Shown in pieces: positions 1 through 14,079 of a stretch of 64,000 nt of DNA. A model generated the notes under the pieces. It was given only the letters and a program-made list of their open reading frames with translations, had not been told where the DNA came from and ran no database searches. This DNA comes from Eledone cirrhosa (lineage: Eukaryota). The stretch covers positions 29,760,001-29,824,000 of the forward strand of contig OZ024749.1 in NCBI GenBank assembly GCA_964016885.1. The letters run 5' to 3'. Every line of letters starts with the position of its first letter. The first letter of the stretch is position 1. Made by a program: the position numbers and the translations under genes.

Positions 1-774
1 ATGAAGTATATTTATTGATAATAACAACAATTCAAAATATCAGTTCAAAATTGACCAATGAAAACACAAAGGGTTAAAAAGCAGTTTGGTGTGTGTATAT
101 ACATGTAAAACCCTACACACATTTTACAATAATGTGTGTATAATATGTATGTGCATACTAAAAAGATGGATGCAAATAAAAAATTTCAAGGTTAATATCT
201 CTGTAAGCTTAATGCGCTGATAAGATACGCAATGATACTTATGTAGTCAAGCATATAAATATATTTTTTTCATACTCACACATATCAGTATAATCACACA
301 TACATGTGCGTATATATATAAATATACACATAACCACGAACACACAAACACACACACACCCCCCACTCACATTTATATATGTGGATATAAAATCATAAGC
401 AAATAGAAATTAAGTCACTCACATAAACACACTGGTACACACATTTCAAGATCAAGATACAGAAATTAGGTGGGAGGGGGGGGGAGGGGTCAGTATTAGG
501 TTGTCAGACCAGACAGCCTAATATAAATGTATCTATAAATTATGAAAAATAAAAAAATAAAAACAATAAAATATATTACATATAATATAATATACATACG
601 CATACAGATATACATACACATACATACATGTACGCGCACATAGAGATATCTACACATACATACATACACACATACCTATACTGTCATACACACACATACA
701 TTTACACGAACATACATATACACATATAAAAAGATAAAAATACGGACACACACACGCGCAACACATACACACAT

Positions 775-821
<47 letters not shown>

Positions 822-930
822 TATACACACACACACATAGACTCATATATATATACATACACATACATATACTTATACATAAACATATATATCCCACACT
901 CATACCACCATGAAGACACAAACAAAACAT

Positions 931-982
<52 letters not shown>

Positions 983-1074
983 ATACACACACGTACACAT
1001 ATATGCATATATACATACATATATACACACATACACATATATATATATACACACACACATAAAATACAGACATG

Positions 1075-1111
<37 letters not shown>

Positions 1112-1207
1112 TTCATTACCCTTATATATACTCACAGTATATATACATACACAACCTCACTTATACACATATACACATAAGTTATATTACAATAATAATA
1201 AAGAATA

Positions 1208-1238
<31 letters not shown>

Positions 1239-1510
1239 TATACACACATATACACATATACATACATACACATACATATACATACATACATACACATACA
1301 TACATACACCTAAATATAAACATATATAAATACACACATACGAATAAAGACATATATTCACACATAGACACCTATATACACATATACATATATATATATA
1401 TATATATATCTATATATATCTATATACAGACACATACACATACATACACATATATATATATATATACACATATATACACACGCACACACATACAGACACA
1501 CATACACACT

Positions 1511-1545
<35 letters not shown>

Positions 1546-3242
1546 GTGTATGTGAGTGTGCGCAAATACATACATATATATACACACACACACATACAAA
1601 CACACACAAACACATACATATGCATACATGCACACACACACACATATATCACATAGATACGAAGATAAACATATAAATAGAGAGACATACAAATATATAC
1701 AGAACCCATATACACATACATGCAAACACGCATATACATATATACATATATACACACATATATATTCCTATATACAAGCATACGCATACACACACATATA
1801 TACAAATACCTACACATATATATACCACACATTCACATACACGTACATATATAATACATATATATACATACATATACATACATATGTATGTACAATCATA
1901 TATACACACTCAATCTTACATTCATATTTACATGCTCATATATGTATTTTTATATCTAGAAATAAATACCAAAAAAAACTATATAGACACCCATCTACCC
2001 ATATATTTATACATATACACTTACAAAAACAGATGATAATAGTATGGGGGAAAAGGGGGGGGTTTGGAGAAGGGGATCAAAGTAAATATATGTTTCAAGA
2101 AACCTATAATATTTTCCATATCTTAATTCAATGTATGTTCTTACATATTTTCAATGCTAGGAAATACGAAATCTATGCATCACAAAATAAAAAAGTATAC
2201 CATTAATCATATGTCAACTAAACCAAAGATAGTCAACATATTGATTTCCAAGGTGTAAATTAGTTAGGTTTATAATATTTGAAGCAGAATTATGAAGTCA
2301 AACAGTAGTAGATTATTAATTACATTATAACTAAATTAAAGTTAATAATAGGGAAAAGAAACCCAAATAAAAATAAAATAAAGTATTACATCGGTAGTAG
2401 CATATAAATTATATGTTAACTAAGTTAAAAATTATATATTTATTTCAATAGTATATGTTAATTAGTATATGTTAATTAGGTATACAATACATAAAGCAGA
2501 TATTGTATTTCATCAATAGCATAATATAATTATATGCAAATAAAAATCAAAATTAATACGCATACACATACATATACATACACATACACATACATATACA
2601 TATACATACACATATATATATATATATATACATATATATACACACACATACATACATATATAGTCACATAAATATACATACAGATACACATACAATACAC
2701 ACATATACATATACATATAGATATACATATCTTTTTCAAAAAATTTGCACAGAATATATTAACTAGGTATATATCCAAAAACACCTCCCATTCTATGATT
2801 ACATGAAATTCTGCAATTCGTCTGTACAAGGATACTAATTTTAAGCAAATTAAAATTAAAATTAAAGTTTTAGGTTGATTAAAGCTAAAACCAAATAATA
2901 AATATATTTCCAAAATGTATATTAATTAGGTCAATAATACTAAAAATTCTTTCTCCGTCATAGGATACATGATATTATTTTGTTATATTTTATCTGTAAA
3001 AGAATTATAATAAAAAAAATTTTATAATAAAAGGTTAAACTAAATTAAAAAATTATAATAAAAGGTTAAAATAAGTTAAAATTAATCTATAAATTAAATT
3101 ACTGAATATATATTAGTAATATTTAAAGGTTTTTCAAAATCTATGATTACATAATATTTTCTCATCTGTAATAAAATATTAATTAAATTAAATTTATAGG
3201 TTAACTAACATTTAAATTAAATTAAATTCTAGAATAATGTTA

Positions 3243-5684
3243 TTAATTAGGTTTATAATATTTAAATGTTTTTTTTAGTTTATGATTACACGATATAATT
3301 AATTCCTGTCTTTTATTTAATAAGATATCCCTAGACTTCATTATTTCAAATAGTTCTTGGGAACATAATCTACATTCCTTTCTATTATTTTGATAAGGGG
3401 TGGCTCTTTTGAGCACACTCCAGGTCAAATCATATTTTATATTTTTATTTTTATAACTATTGATTTTTTCTGCTAGAGATGTTGTATTAGCCAGTGCGGC
3501 ATTTTTAAAGCTATGTTTGTGGGTATTATACCTTGTCTTAAAATTGTTAGAGGTAGCTCCTATATATGAGCAAATAGAATCTTTAGTTTTAACATTACAT
3601 TTATAGACTATGTTGTTAACAAGACAATTCCCTTTTAATGGGCAGTTTGTTTTGTTTCTACAGTTACATCCTTTCGTTAATTCTGTATTTGAGGAGATAT
3701 TATTGTTAATTTGATGTACTGGTGGTATACTTATAGTTTTCTTACATTTATATGCATTATATGCACTTATATTTTGTTTTATGTTATTTGTTGTAGAATA
3801 TGAGAATTTAACTGTAGACCTATTTAAGATTTGATGGTATTTGTGGTTTGGCGGGAAGTTTTTCTCAAGGATATAAAAAAATTTTTTAGCAATATTATCC
3901 TTAACTTGTAAATTAAAAGGAGCATTATACCAAGTAACTCGTCTATTACGGTTTTTATGTTGTTTATTATTTTTATTATTTTTATATGTTGTATCATGAT
4001 TTTTACTAGGAGGAATAATGTTAATGATCTCACCACAACTATTTTTAGTTATATTTGTAGATTTAGGTGTTTTATCTTTTTTATTAGGAGTTTTATTATT
4101 AATATTTATTATAGTCTTATGATGAGTAGTTTTTTGAGGGTTACTATACTTTATATTAGAAGATTTAGTATTTTGGGGTATACTGTGGGTGGCATTTAGG
4201 TGTGTACCTTTCATTTGGTGTTTGTTGGTAATATTATGCTGTATGTTTTCAGTATTTTTAGTAGAAGTTATATACTCTAATCTATTTTTGTGGCCACTTC
4301 TATCTAGAGCTTCATTATAAAAGGTCGCATTTTTATCAAATACATCTTGGTTAGAAGAAAGGTTAGAAATTCTAAGTGATATATTATATGCAAGGTTTTT
4401 AAGGATAGATTTAGGGTGATTAGATTGTGAGTGTATGTAATGTAAGTTTTGGTTAGGTTTATGGTAAGGTTGGTATATACCCGTAGCTAAATCTAAAGTT
4501 ATATCTAGGAAATTTACTACTTTACTTGTTTTTTCAAAAGTAATATTAAGATTATAATAGTCCTTAAGGAAAGTTCTAATATGCTTTTTGTTTTTTTCGA
4601 TTTCTGAAAGGCTAAGGTTGTTAGAAAGAAGAAGACAGTCATCACGATATAAACCACCTTTGAGGTGGGGAAAAGAGGCATTTATGTTGAAAAGGAGAAA
4701 GAGGCCCACAAGATCAGTAATTTGGGCAGAATCACTTGAACCCATAGTAATATCAAAAAGATTACTATAAGTGTTTCTGGTCCAGTATTCATTCTGAAAT
4801 TCAATAAGTGTTTGTCTAGCATGTGTAATAATGTTAATGTCATCCGAAGTTAAATTAGATCTATTTTTAGCAAATATTAATGCTTTGTTCAGGAGTATGG
4901 GTGATATAGAAGAATAATAGTTATCTATATCAAACTGTAGGAAAGAAGCAGAAGATTTACACCTAATATTTTTAAACCAATTAATTACCTGGGAGGTGTT
5001 TTCCCAGAGTGGTAAAATAACGTATTTTCTTATTTGTGGGATGACTCTATCTAAAATTTTTTTGCTAATTATTCCAATATCTGATTTGGAGGGACATATA
5101 AGTCTAATAGAAGGATTAGAGTTAAAGTTAGATTTGTGATCTTTCAGGTTGAAGTGTGGACTTCTCAATGCCAAAGGTTCAGTTCTATCTTCAATATTTA
5201 GTTTTTTTACTATGTTGTGTGTTTTGTTGTTGATGTTGGTGAGTGACGCATTATTAGATTTTTTATAACTTTTTCTGAGTTCTTTATATATGAACTCATT
5301 ATAATGTTCAATATCCATATGATACAAGTTACCAGTTTTGTCCGAGTGGACATGGATTTTTTTAGACTTTTTTAGGTCCAATAGGGTAGAATCAAGGTCC
5401 TTTTGAAAGACGGATTTATACTTTTTAAATTTGAGATGTTTAATTAAATTAAAAAGGTCTTTCTCGAAGTCTTCAAGTAAAAAGTTGTGTGGTGGATTCT
5501 TGTAAGTGTTGAAATCATACATATATTTCCGATCTGCTTGTTTAGATTTTCTATCAAAGTGGTAGGCTCTCCATCTAACCCTTCTGATAAAATTATTAGT
5601 TTTCTGAATCATAAGGAGTAAGAAGTCGTCCTTAGAAGGTATTGGTATGTTTTTTAAGGAGGTTCCTAAATATTGTTTTTCCAT
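3243..5684 (-). CDS. Intact Penelope-like (Naiad-type) polyprotein: reverse transcriptase + C-terminal GIY-YIG endonuclease, ~813 aa from first ATG
   Basis: SLKNIPIPS N-terminus, DKTGN, RT motifs FLQFDIDNYYSSI / FDITMGS / GLYRDD / VNFLDITL, CNCRNKTNCPLKGNC Cys motif, NIVYKC..SYIGAT..FKTRY..H GIY-YIG, CRLC..E and C-terminal SCNH. No stops or frameshifts. Confidence 0.93.
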   Translation of the reverse strand: MEKQYLGTSLKNIPIPSKDDFLLLMIQKTNNFIRRVRWRAYHFDRKSKQADRKYMYDFNTYKNPPHNFLLEDFEKDLFNLIKHLKFKKYKSVFQKDLDSTLLDLKKSKKIHVHSDKTGNLYHMDIEHYNEFIYKELRKSYKKSNNASLTNINNKTHNIVKKLNIEDRTEPLALRSPHFNLKDHKSNFNSNPSIRLICPSKSDIGIISKKILDRVIPQIRKYVILPLWENTSQVINWFKNIRCKSSASFLQFDIDNYYSSISPILLNKALIFAKNRSNLTSDDINIITHARQTLIEFQNEYWTRNTYSNLFDITMGSSDSAQITDLVGLFLLFNINASFPHLKGGLYRDDCLLLSNNLSLSEIEKNKKHIRTFLKDYYNLNITFEKTSKVVNFLDITLDLATGIYQPYHKPNQNLHYIHSQSNHPKSILKNLAYNISLRISNLSSNQDVFDKNATFYNEALDRSGHKNRLEYITSTKNTENIQHNITNKHQMKGTHLNATHSIPQNTKSSNIKYSNPQKTTHHKTIININNKTPNKKDKTPKSTNITKNSCGEIINIIPPSKNHDTTYKNNKNNKQHKNRNRRVTWYNAPFNLQVKDNIAKKFFYILEKNFPPNHKYHQILNRSTVKFSYSTTNNIKQNISAYNAYKCKKTISIPPVHQINNNISSNTELTKGCNCRNKTNCPLKGNCLVNNIVYKCNVKTKDSICSYIGATSNNFKTRYNTHKHSFKNAALANTTSLAEKINSYKNKNIKYDLTWSVLKRATPYQNNRKECRLCSQELFEIMKSRDILLNKRQELIISCNHKLKKTFKYYKPN

Positions 5685-5973
5685 TGTGATATGGATGATG
5701 GACAATTGAAAGAGCTCAACTAAATGTATATGGGTTTACAAAATCATACATATATATATGTATATACATAAATATAAAATTAATACACACATACAGTACA
5801 AAAATACGAATATTTCCGTGAAAATAGGAGCAAAATTATGTAGATAAATCTACCAAGAGTTTACGGTAGTGTCCAATCCGTATGAAGAACTCAATGTATT
5901 CCGGATATCATGGAAAGAAGAGATGTAATGAAAATCCAATTTCGGTGAAAGATAAACGGTATACAGAGTCAAG

Positions 5974-6951
5974 ATAAAATATTAAACAAATAATGAACAA
6001 ACAATTCCTTATATTAAACAAAAAAAGTTCACTATTTAACGATCGTTTCTAGGGCATATATGTGCTATAATTGGTATGCATATTTAACAGATCTATGTAC
6101 AAAATTATACAAAATTATACAAATTATCAAGATTAAATATACATACCTAACTCATATATACGCCGTCTTCAGAAATAATGAAGTATATTTATTGATAATA
6201 ATAACAATTCAAAATATCAGTTCAAAATTGACCAATGAAAACACAAAGGGTTAAAAAGCAGTTTGGTGTGTGTATATACATGTAAAACCCTACACACATT
6301 TTACAATAATGTGTGTATAATATGTATGTGCATACTAAAAAGATGGATGCAAATAAAAAATTTCAAGGTTAATATCTCTGTAAGCTTAATGCGCTGATAA
6401 GATACGCAATGATACTTATGTAGTCAAGCATATAAATATATTTTTTTCATACTCACACATATCAGTATAATCACACATACATGTGCGTATATATATAAAT
6501 ATACACATAACCACGAACACACAAACACACACACACCCCCCACTCACATTTATATATGTGGATATAAAATCATAAGCAAATAGAAATTAAGTCACTCACA
6601 TAAACACACTGGTACACACATTTCAAGATCAAGATACAGAAATTAGGTGGGAGGGGGGGGGAGGGGTCAGTATTAGGTTGTCAGACCAGACAGCCTAATA
6701 TAAATGTATCTATAAATTATGAAAAATAAAAAAATAAAAACAATAAAATATATTACATATAATATAATATACATACGCATACAGATATACATACACATAC
6801 ATACATGTACGCGCACATAGAGATATCTACACATACATACATACACACATACCTATACTGTCATACACACACATACATTTACACGAACATACATATACAC
6901 ATATAAAAAGATAAAAATACGGACACACACACGCGCAACACATACACACAT

Positions 6952-6998
<47 letters not shown>

Positions 6999-7109
6999 TA
7001 TACACACACACACATAGACTCATATATATATACATACACATACATATACTTATACATAAACATATATATCCCACACTCATACCACCATGAAGACACAAAC
7101 AAAACATCC

Positions 7110-7159
<50 letters not shown>

Positions 7160-7251
7160 ATACACACACGTACACATATATGCATATATACATACATATA
7201 TACACACATACACATATATATATATACACACACACATAAAATACAGACATG

Positions 7252-7288
<37 letters not shown>

Positions 7289-7384
7289 TTCATTACCCTT
7301 ATATATACTCACAGTATATATACATACACAACCTCACTTATACACATATACACATAAGTTATATTACAATAATAATAAAGAATA

Positions 7385-7415
<31 letters not shown>

Positions 7416-7689
7416 TATACACACATATACACATATACATACATACACATACATATACATACATACATACACATACATACATACACCTAAATATAAACAT
7501 ATATAAATACACACATACGAATAAAGACATATATTCACACATAGACACCTATATACACATATACATATATATATATATATATATATATCTATATATATCT
7601 ATATACAGACACATACACATACATACACATATATATATATATATACACATATATACACACGCACACACATACAGACACACATACACACT

Positions 7690-7724
<35 letters not shown>

Positions 7725-10084
7725 GTGTATGTGAGTGTGCGCAAATACATACATATATATACACACACACACATACAAACACACACAAACACATACATAT
7801 GCATACATGCACACACACACACATATATCACATAGATACGAAGATAAACATATAAATAGAGAGACATACAAATATATACAGAACCCATATACACATACAT
7901 GCAAACACGCATATACATATATACATATATACACACATATATATTCCTATATACAAGCATACGCATACACACACATATATACAAATACCTACACATATAT
8001 ATACCACACATTCACATACACGTACATATATAATACATATATATACATACATATACATACATATGTATGTACAATCATATATACACACTCAATCTTACAT
8101 TCATATTTACATGCTCATATATGTATTTTTATATCTAGAAATAAATACCAAAAAAAAACTATATAGACACCCATCTACCCATATATTTATACATATACAC
8201 TTACAAAAACAGATGATAATAGTATGGGGGAAAAGGGGGGGGTTTGGAGAAGGGGATCAAAGTAAATATATGTTTCAAGAAACCTATAATATTTTCCATA
8301 TCTTAATTCAATGTATGTTCTTACATATTTTCAATGCTAGGAAATACGAAATCTATGCATCACAAAATAAAAAAGTATACCATTAATCATATGTCAACTA
8401 AACCAAAGATAGTCAACATATTGATTTCCAAGGTGTAAATTAGTTAGGTTTATAATATTTGAAGCAGAATTATGAAGTCAAACAGTAGTAGATTATTAAT
8501 TACATTATAACTAAATTAAAGTTAATAATAGGGAAAAGAAACCCAAATAAAAATAAAATAAAGTATTACATCGGTAGTAGCATATAAATTATATGTTAAC
8601 TAAGTTAAAAATTATATATTTATTTCAATAGTATATGTTAATTAGTATATGTTAATTAGGTATACAATACATAAAGCAGATATTGTATTTCATCAATAGC
8701 ATAATATAATTATATGCAAATAAAAATCAAAATTAATACGCATACACATACATATACATACACATACACATACATATACATATACATACACATATATATA
8801 TATATATATACATATATATACACACACATACATACATATATAGTCACATAAATATACATACAGATACACATACAATACACACATATACATATACATATAG
8901 ATATACATATCTTTTTCAAAAAATTTGCACAGAATATATTAACTAGGTATATATCCAAAAACACCTCCCATTCTATGATTACATGAAATTCTGCAATTCG
9001 TCTGTACAAGGATACTAATTTTAAGCAAATTAAAATTAAAATTAAAGTTTTAGGTTGATTAAAGCTAAAACCAAATAATAAATATATTTCCAAAATGTAT
9101 ATTAATTAGGTCAATAATACTAAAAATTCTTTCTCCGTCATAGGATACATGATATTATTTTGTTATATTTTATCTGTAAAAGAATTATAATAAAAAAAAT
9201 TTTATAATAAAAGGTTAAACTAAATTAAAAAATTATAATAAAAGGTTAAAATAAGTTAAAATTGATCTATAAATTAAATTACTGAATATATATTAGTAAT
9301 ATTTAAAGGTTTTTCAAAATCTATGATTACATAATATTTTCTCATCTGTAATAAAATATTAATTAAATTAAATTTATAGGTTAACTAACATTTAAATTAA
9401 ATTAAATTCTAGAATAATGTTATTAATTAGGTTTATAATATTTAAATGTTTTTTTTAGTTTATGATTACACGATATAATTAATTCCTGTCTTTTATTTAA
9501 TAAGATATCCCTAGACTTCATTATTTCAAATAGTTCTTGGGAACATAATCTACATTCCTTTCTATTATTTTGATAAGGGGTGGCTCTTTTGAGCACACTC
9601 CAGGTCAAATCATATTTTATATTTTTATTTTTATAACTATTGATTTTTTCTGCTAGAGATGTTGTATTAGCCAGTGCGGCATTTTTAAAGCTATGTTTGT
9701 GGGTATTATACCTTGTCTTAAAATTGTTAGAGGTAGCTCCTATATATGAGCAAATAGAATCTTTAGTTTTAACATTACATTTATAGACTATGTTGTTAAC
9801 AAGACAATTCCCTTTTAATGGGCAGTTTGTTTTGTTTCTACAGTTACATCCTTTCGTTAATTCTGTATTTGAGGAGATATTATTGTTAATTTGATGTACT
9901 GGTGGTATACTTATAGTTTTCTTACATTTATATGCATTATATGCACTTATATTTTGTTTTATGTTATTTGTTGTAGAATATGAGAATTTAACTGTAGACC
10001 TATTTAAGATTTGATGGTATTTGTGGTTTGGCGGGAAGTTTTTCTCAAGGATATAAAAAAATTTTTTAGCAATATTATCCTTAA
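5974..10084 (-). repeat. Upstream direct pLTR of PLE-1 (~4.1 kb: last ~660 bp of ORF plus whole 3' UTR)
   Basis: Near-identical to 1-3904, including the ORF C-terminus (9423-10084). Confidence 0.88.
6028..6182 (-). ncRNA. Same hammerhead motif in the direct pLTR, just upstream of the PLE-1 5' UTR
   Basis: Reverse complement of 13285-13439. Confidence 0.8.
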
Positions 10085-10409
10085 GAATTTTTTAGCAATA
10101 TTATCCTTAAGAATTTTTTAGCAATATTATCCTTAAAAATTTTTTAGCAATATTATCCTTAAGAATTTTTAGTATTATTGACCTAATTAATATACATTTT
10201 GGAAATATATTTATTATTTGGTTTTAGCTTTAAAAAATTTTTTAGCAATATTATCCTTAAGAATTTTTTAGCAATATTATCCTTAAGAATTTTTTAGCAA
10301 TATTATCCTTAAAAATTTTTTAGCAATATTATCCTTAAGAATTTTTAGTATTATTGACCTAATTAATATACATTTTGGAAATATATTTATTATTTGGTTT
10401 TAGCTTTAA
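10058..10409. repeat. Inversion-junction repeat: 8 copies of a 26-mer arranged as a ~176-bp duplicated block
   Basis: (A/G)AATTTTTTAGCAATATTATCCTTAA x4, then ~70 bp of the inverted arm, then x4 again, then the full inverted arm. Confidence 0.85.
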
Positions 10410-11742
10410 TCAACCTAAAACTTTAATTTTAATTTTAATTTGCTTAAAATTAGTATCCTTGTACAGACGAATTGCAGAATTTCATGTAATCATAGAATGG
10501 GAGGTGTTTTTGGATATATACCTAGTTAATATATTCTGTGCAAATTTTTTGAAAAAGATATGTATATCTATATGTATATGTATATGTGTGTATTGTATGT
10601 GTATCTGTATGTATATTTATGTGACTATATATGTATGTATGTGTGTGTATATATATGTATATATATATATATATATGTGTATGTATATGTATATGTATGT
10701 GTATGTGTATGTATATGTATGTGTATGCGTATTAATTTTGATTTTTATTTGCATATAATTATATTATGCTATTGATGAAATACAATATCTGCTTTATGTA
10801 TTGTATACCTAATTAACATATACTAATTAACATATACTATTGAAATAAATATATAATTTTTAACTTAGTTAACATATAATTTATATGCTACTACCGATGT
10901 AATACTTTATTTTATTTTTATTTGGGTTTCTTTTCCCTATTATTAACTTTAATTTAGTTATAATGTAATTAATAATCTACTACTGTTTGACTTCATAATT
11001 CTGCTTCAAATATTATAAACCTAACTAATTTACACCTTGGAAATCAATATGTTGACTATCTTTGGTTTAGTTGACATATGATTAATGGTATACTTTTTTA
11101 TTTTGTGATGCATAGATTTCGTATTTCCTAGCATTGAAAATATGTAAGAACATACATTGAATTAAGATATGGAAAATATTATAGGTTTCTTGAAACATAT
11201 ATTTACTTTGATCCCCTTCTCCAAACCCCCCCCTTTTCCCCCATACTATTATCATCTGTTTTTGTAAGTGTATATGTATAAATATATGGTTAGATGGGTG
11301 TCTATATAGTTTTTTTTGGTATTTATTTCTAGATATAAAAATACATATATGAGCATGTAAATATGAATGTAAGATTGAGTGTGTATATATGATTGTACAT
11401 ACATATGTATGTATATGTATGTATATATATGTATTATATATGTACGTGTATGTGAATGTGTGGTATATATATGTGTAGGTATTTGTATATATGTGTGTGT
11501 ATGCGTATGCTTGTATATAGGAATATATATGTGTGTATATATGTATATATGTATATGCGTGTTTGCATGTATGTGTATATGGGTTCTGTATATATTTGTA
11601 TGTCTCTCTATTTATATGTTTATCTTCGTATCTATGTGATATATGTGTGTGTGTGTGCATGTATGCATATGTATGTGTTTGTGTGTGTTTGTATGTGTGT
11701 GTGTGTATATATATGTATGTATTTGCGCACACTCACATACAC

Positions 11743-11777
<35 letters not shown>

Positions 11778-12049
11778 AGTGTGTATGTGTGTCTGTATGT
11801 GTGTGCGTGTGTATATATGTGTATATATATATATATATGTGTATGTATGTGTATGTGTCTGTATATAGATATATATAGATATATATATATATATATATAT
11901 GTATATGTGTATATAGGTGTCTATGTGTGAATATATGTCTTTATTCGTATGTGTGTATTTATATATGTTTATATTTAGGTGTATGTATGTATGTGTATGT
12001 ATGTATGTATATGTATGTGTATGTATGTATATGTGTATATGTGTGTATA

Positions 12050-12080
<31 letters not shown>

Positions 12081-12176
12081 TATTCTTTATTATTATTGTA
12101 ATATAACTTATGTGTATATGTGTATAAGTGAGGTTGTGTATGTATATATACTGTGAGTATATATAAGGGTAATGAA

Positions 12177-12213
<37 letters not shown>

Positions 12214-12305
12214 CATGTCTGTATTTTATGTGTGTGTGTATATATATATATGTGTATGTGTGTATATATGTATGTATATATGCATATATGTGTACGTGTG
12301 TGTAT

Positions 12306-12355
<50 letters not shown>

Positions 12356-12466
12356 GGATGTTTTGTTTGTGTCTTCATGGTGGTATGAGTGTGGGATATA
12401 TATGTTTATGTATAAGTATATGTATGTGTATGTATATATATATGAGTCTATGTGTGTGTGTGTATA

Positions 12467-12515
<49 letters not shown>

Positions 12516-13484
12516 ATGTGTGTATGTGTTGCGCGTGTGTGTGTCCGTATTTTTATCTTTTTATATGTGTATATGTATGTTCGTGTAAATGTATGTGTGT
12601 GTATGACAGTATAGGTATGTGTGTATGTATGTATGTGTAGATATCTCTATGTGCGCGTACATGTATGTATGTGTATGTATATCTGTATGCGTATGTATAT
12701 TATATTATATGTAATATATTTTATTGTTTTTATTTTTTTATTTTTCATAATTTATAGATACATTTATATTAGGCTGTCTGGTCTGACAACCTAATACTGA
12801 CCCCTCCCCCCCCCTCCCACCTAATTTCTGTATCTTGATCTTGAAATGTGTGTACCAGTGTGTTTATGTGAGTGACTTAATTTCTATTTGCTTATGATTT
12901 TATATCCACATATATAAATGTGAGTGGGGGGTGTGTGTGTGTTTGTGTGTTCGTGGTTATGTGTATATTTATATATATACGCACATGTATGTGTGATTAT
13001 ACTGATATGTGTGAGTATGAAAAAAATATATTTATATGCTTGACTACATAAGTATCATTGCGTATCTTATCAGCGCATTAAGCTTACAGAGATATTAACC
13101 TTGAAATTTTTTATTTGCATCCATCTTTTTAGTATGCACATACATATTATACACACATTATTGTAAAATGTGTGTAGGGTTTTACATGTATATACACACA
13201 CCAAACTGCTTTTTAACCCTTTGTGTTTTCATTGGTCAATTTTGAACTGATATTTTGAATTGTTGTTATTATCAATAAATATACTTCATTATTTCTGAAG
13301 ACGGCGTATATATGAGTTAGGTATGTATATTTAATCTTGATAATTTGTATAATTTTGTATAATTTTGTACATAGATCTGTTAAATATGCATACCAATTAT
13401 AGCACATATATGCCCTAGAAACGATCGTTAAATAGTGAACTTTTTTTGTTTAATATAAGGAATTGTTTGTTCATTATTTGTTTA

Positions 13485-13491
<7 letters not shown>
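10337..13491 (+). repeat. Inverted pLTR of PLE-1 (~3.15 kb of 3' UTR)
   Basis: Reverse complement of ~5974-9130; the ORF track is mirrored. Confidence 0.88.
13285..13439 (+). ncRNA. Type I hammerhead ribozyme motif of PLE-1 (long stem II)
   Basis: Stem I TTCATTATTT/AAATAGTGAA, core CTGAAGA, stem II GGCGTATAT/ATATATGCC extended by GGTATGTATATTTAA/TTAAATATGCATACC, GAAA, palindromic stem III ACGATCGT, predicted cleavage after GUU (13429). Confidence 0.8.
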
Positions 13492-13570
<79 letters not shown>

Positions 13571-13620
13571 TATTATAAAGGAAACGAAAAATCAGTGATG
13601 CATCTGGACTTAGTTTATTT

Positions 13621-13700
13621 CGTGCTACAAATGTTTCGCCGGCATGTAGCTCGAGTTATGGATCTGGCTGATTCTACTTCTGCGGGTTCTTTCAGACACG
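13621..13700 (-). ncRNA. Hammerhead motif in a pLTR remnant of another PLE family
   Basis: Minus strand: CGTGT-CTGAAAGA-A-CCCGCA...TGCCGG-C-GAAA-CATTT-GTA-GCACG, then AATAAA and ~50 nt to the (GA)n/(TA)n tract. The core has one extra A. Confidence 0.65.
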
Positions 13701-14028
13701 GGTGTTTTTTGATGATAACACCTCAGTGATAAAAGCTATTTCAGAGCACCAATTCTAATTTTCAATTTCTGCTTGACCGGCAATCGCTCTGTATAATCAG
13801 TTCCTGATTATTTACTACAATTCTATAAGAACCATACATCCATGATATCAGCAGACAGGAGGAGTAGTTGGCTTTGATAAACATCAATAAATGCGAAATA
13901 AGGCCTTGTCAGCTTTATCTCCCCCTGTTTGCTGAAATTAAAGTAAGTGAGTCTGTCACTACTCTAAAACAATAGCATAAGGTCTTCGAAATGCTTTTAA
14001 TTAAGCATACAGTGTATTGCAAAATACA

Positions 14029-14079
<51 letters not shown>

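Larger units (their letters stand above)
1..13491 (-). mobile_element. Young PLE insertion (PLE-1): inverted pLTR + direct pLTR + 5'UTR/ORF + 3' pLTR running off the window start
   Basis: 1-3904 recurs almost identically at 6178-10084 (offset ~6177). 10337-13491 is the reverse complement of ~5974-9130. The inverted copy ends directly in (TA)n at 13491. Confidence 0.88.

Noticed and set aside
650-2913. Numerous [12 protein letters not shown] ORFs here and throughout the window
   Set aside because: They are translations of dinucleotide microsatellites with no domain content.
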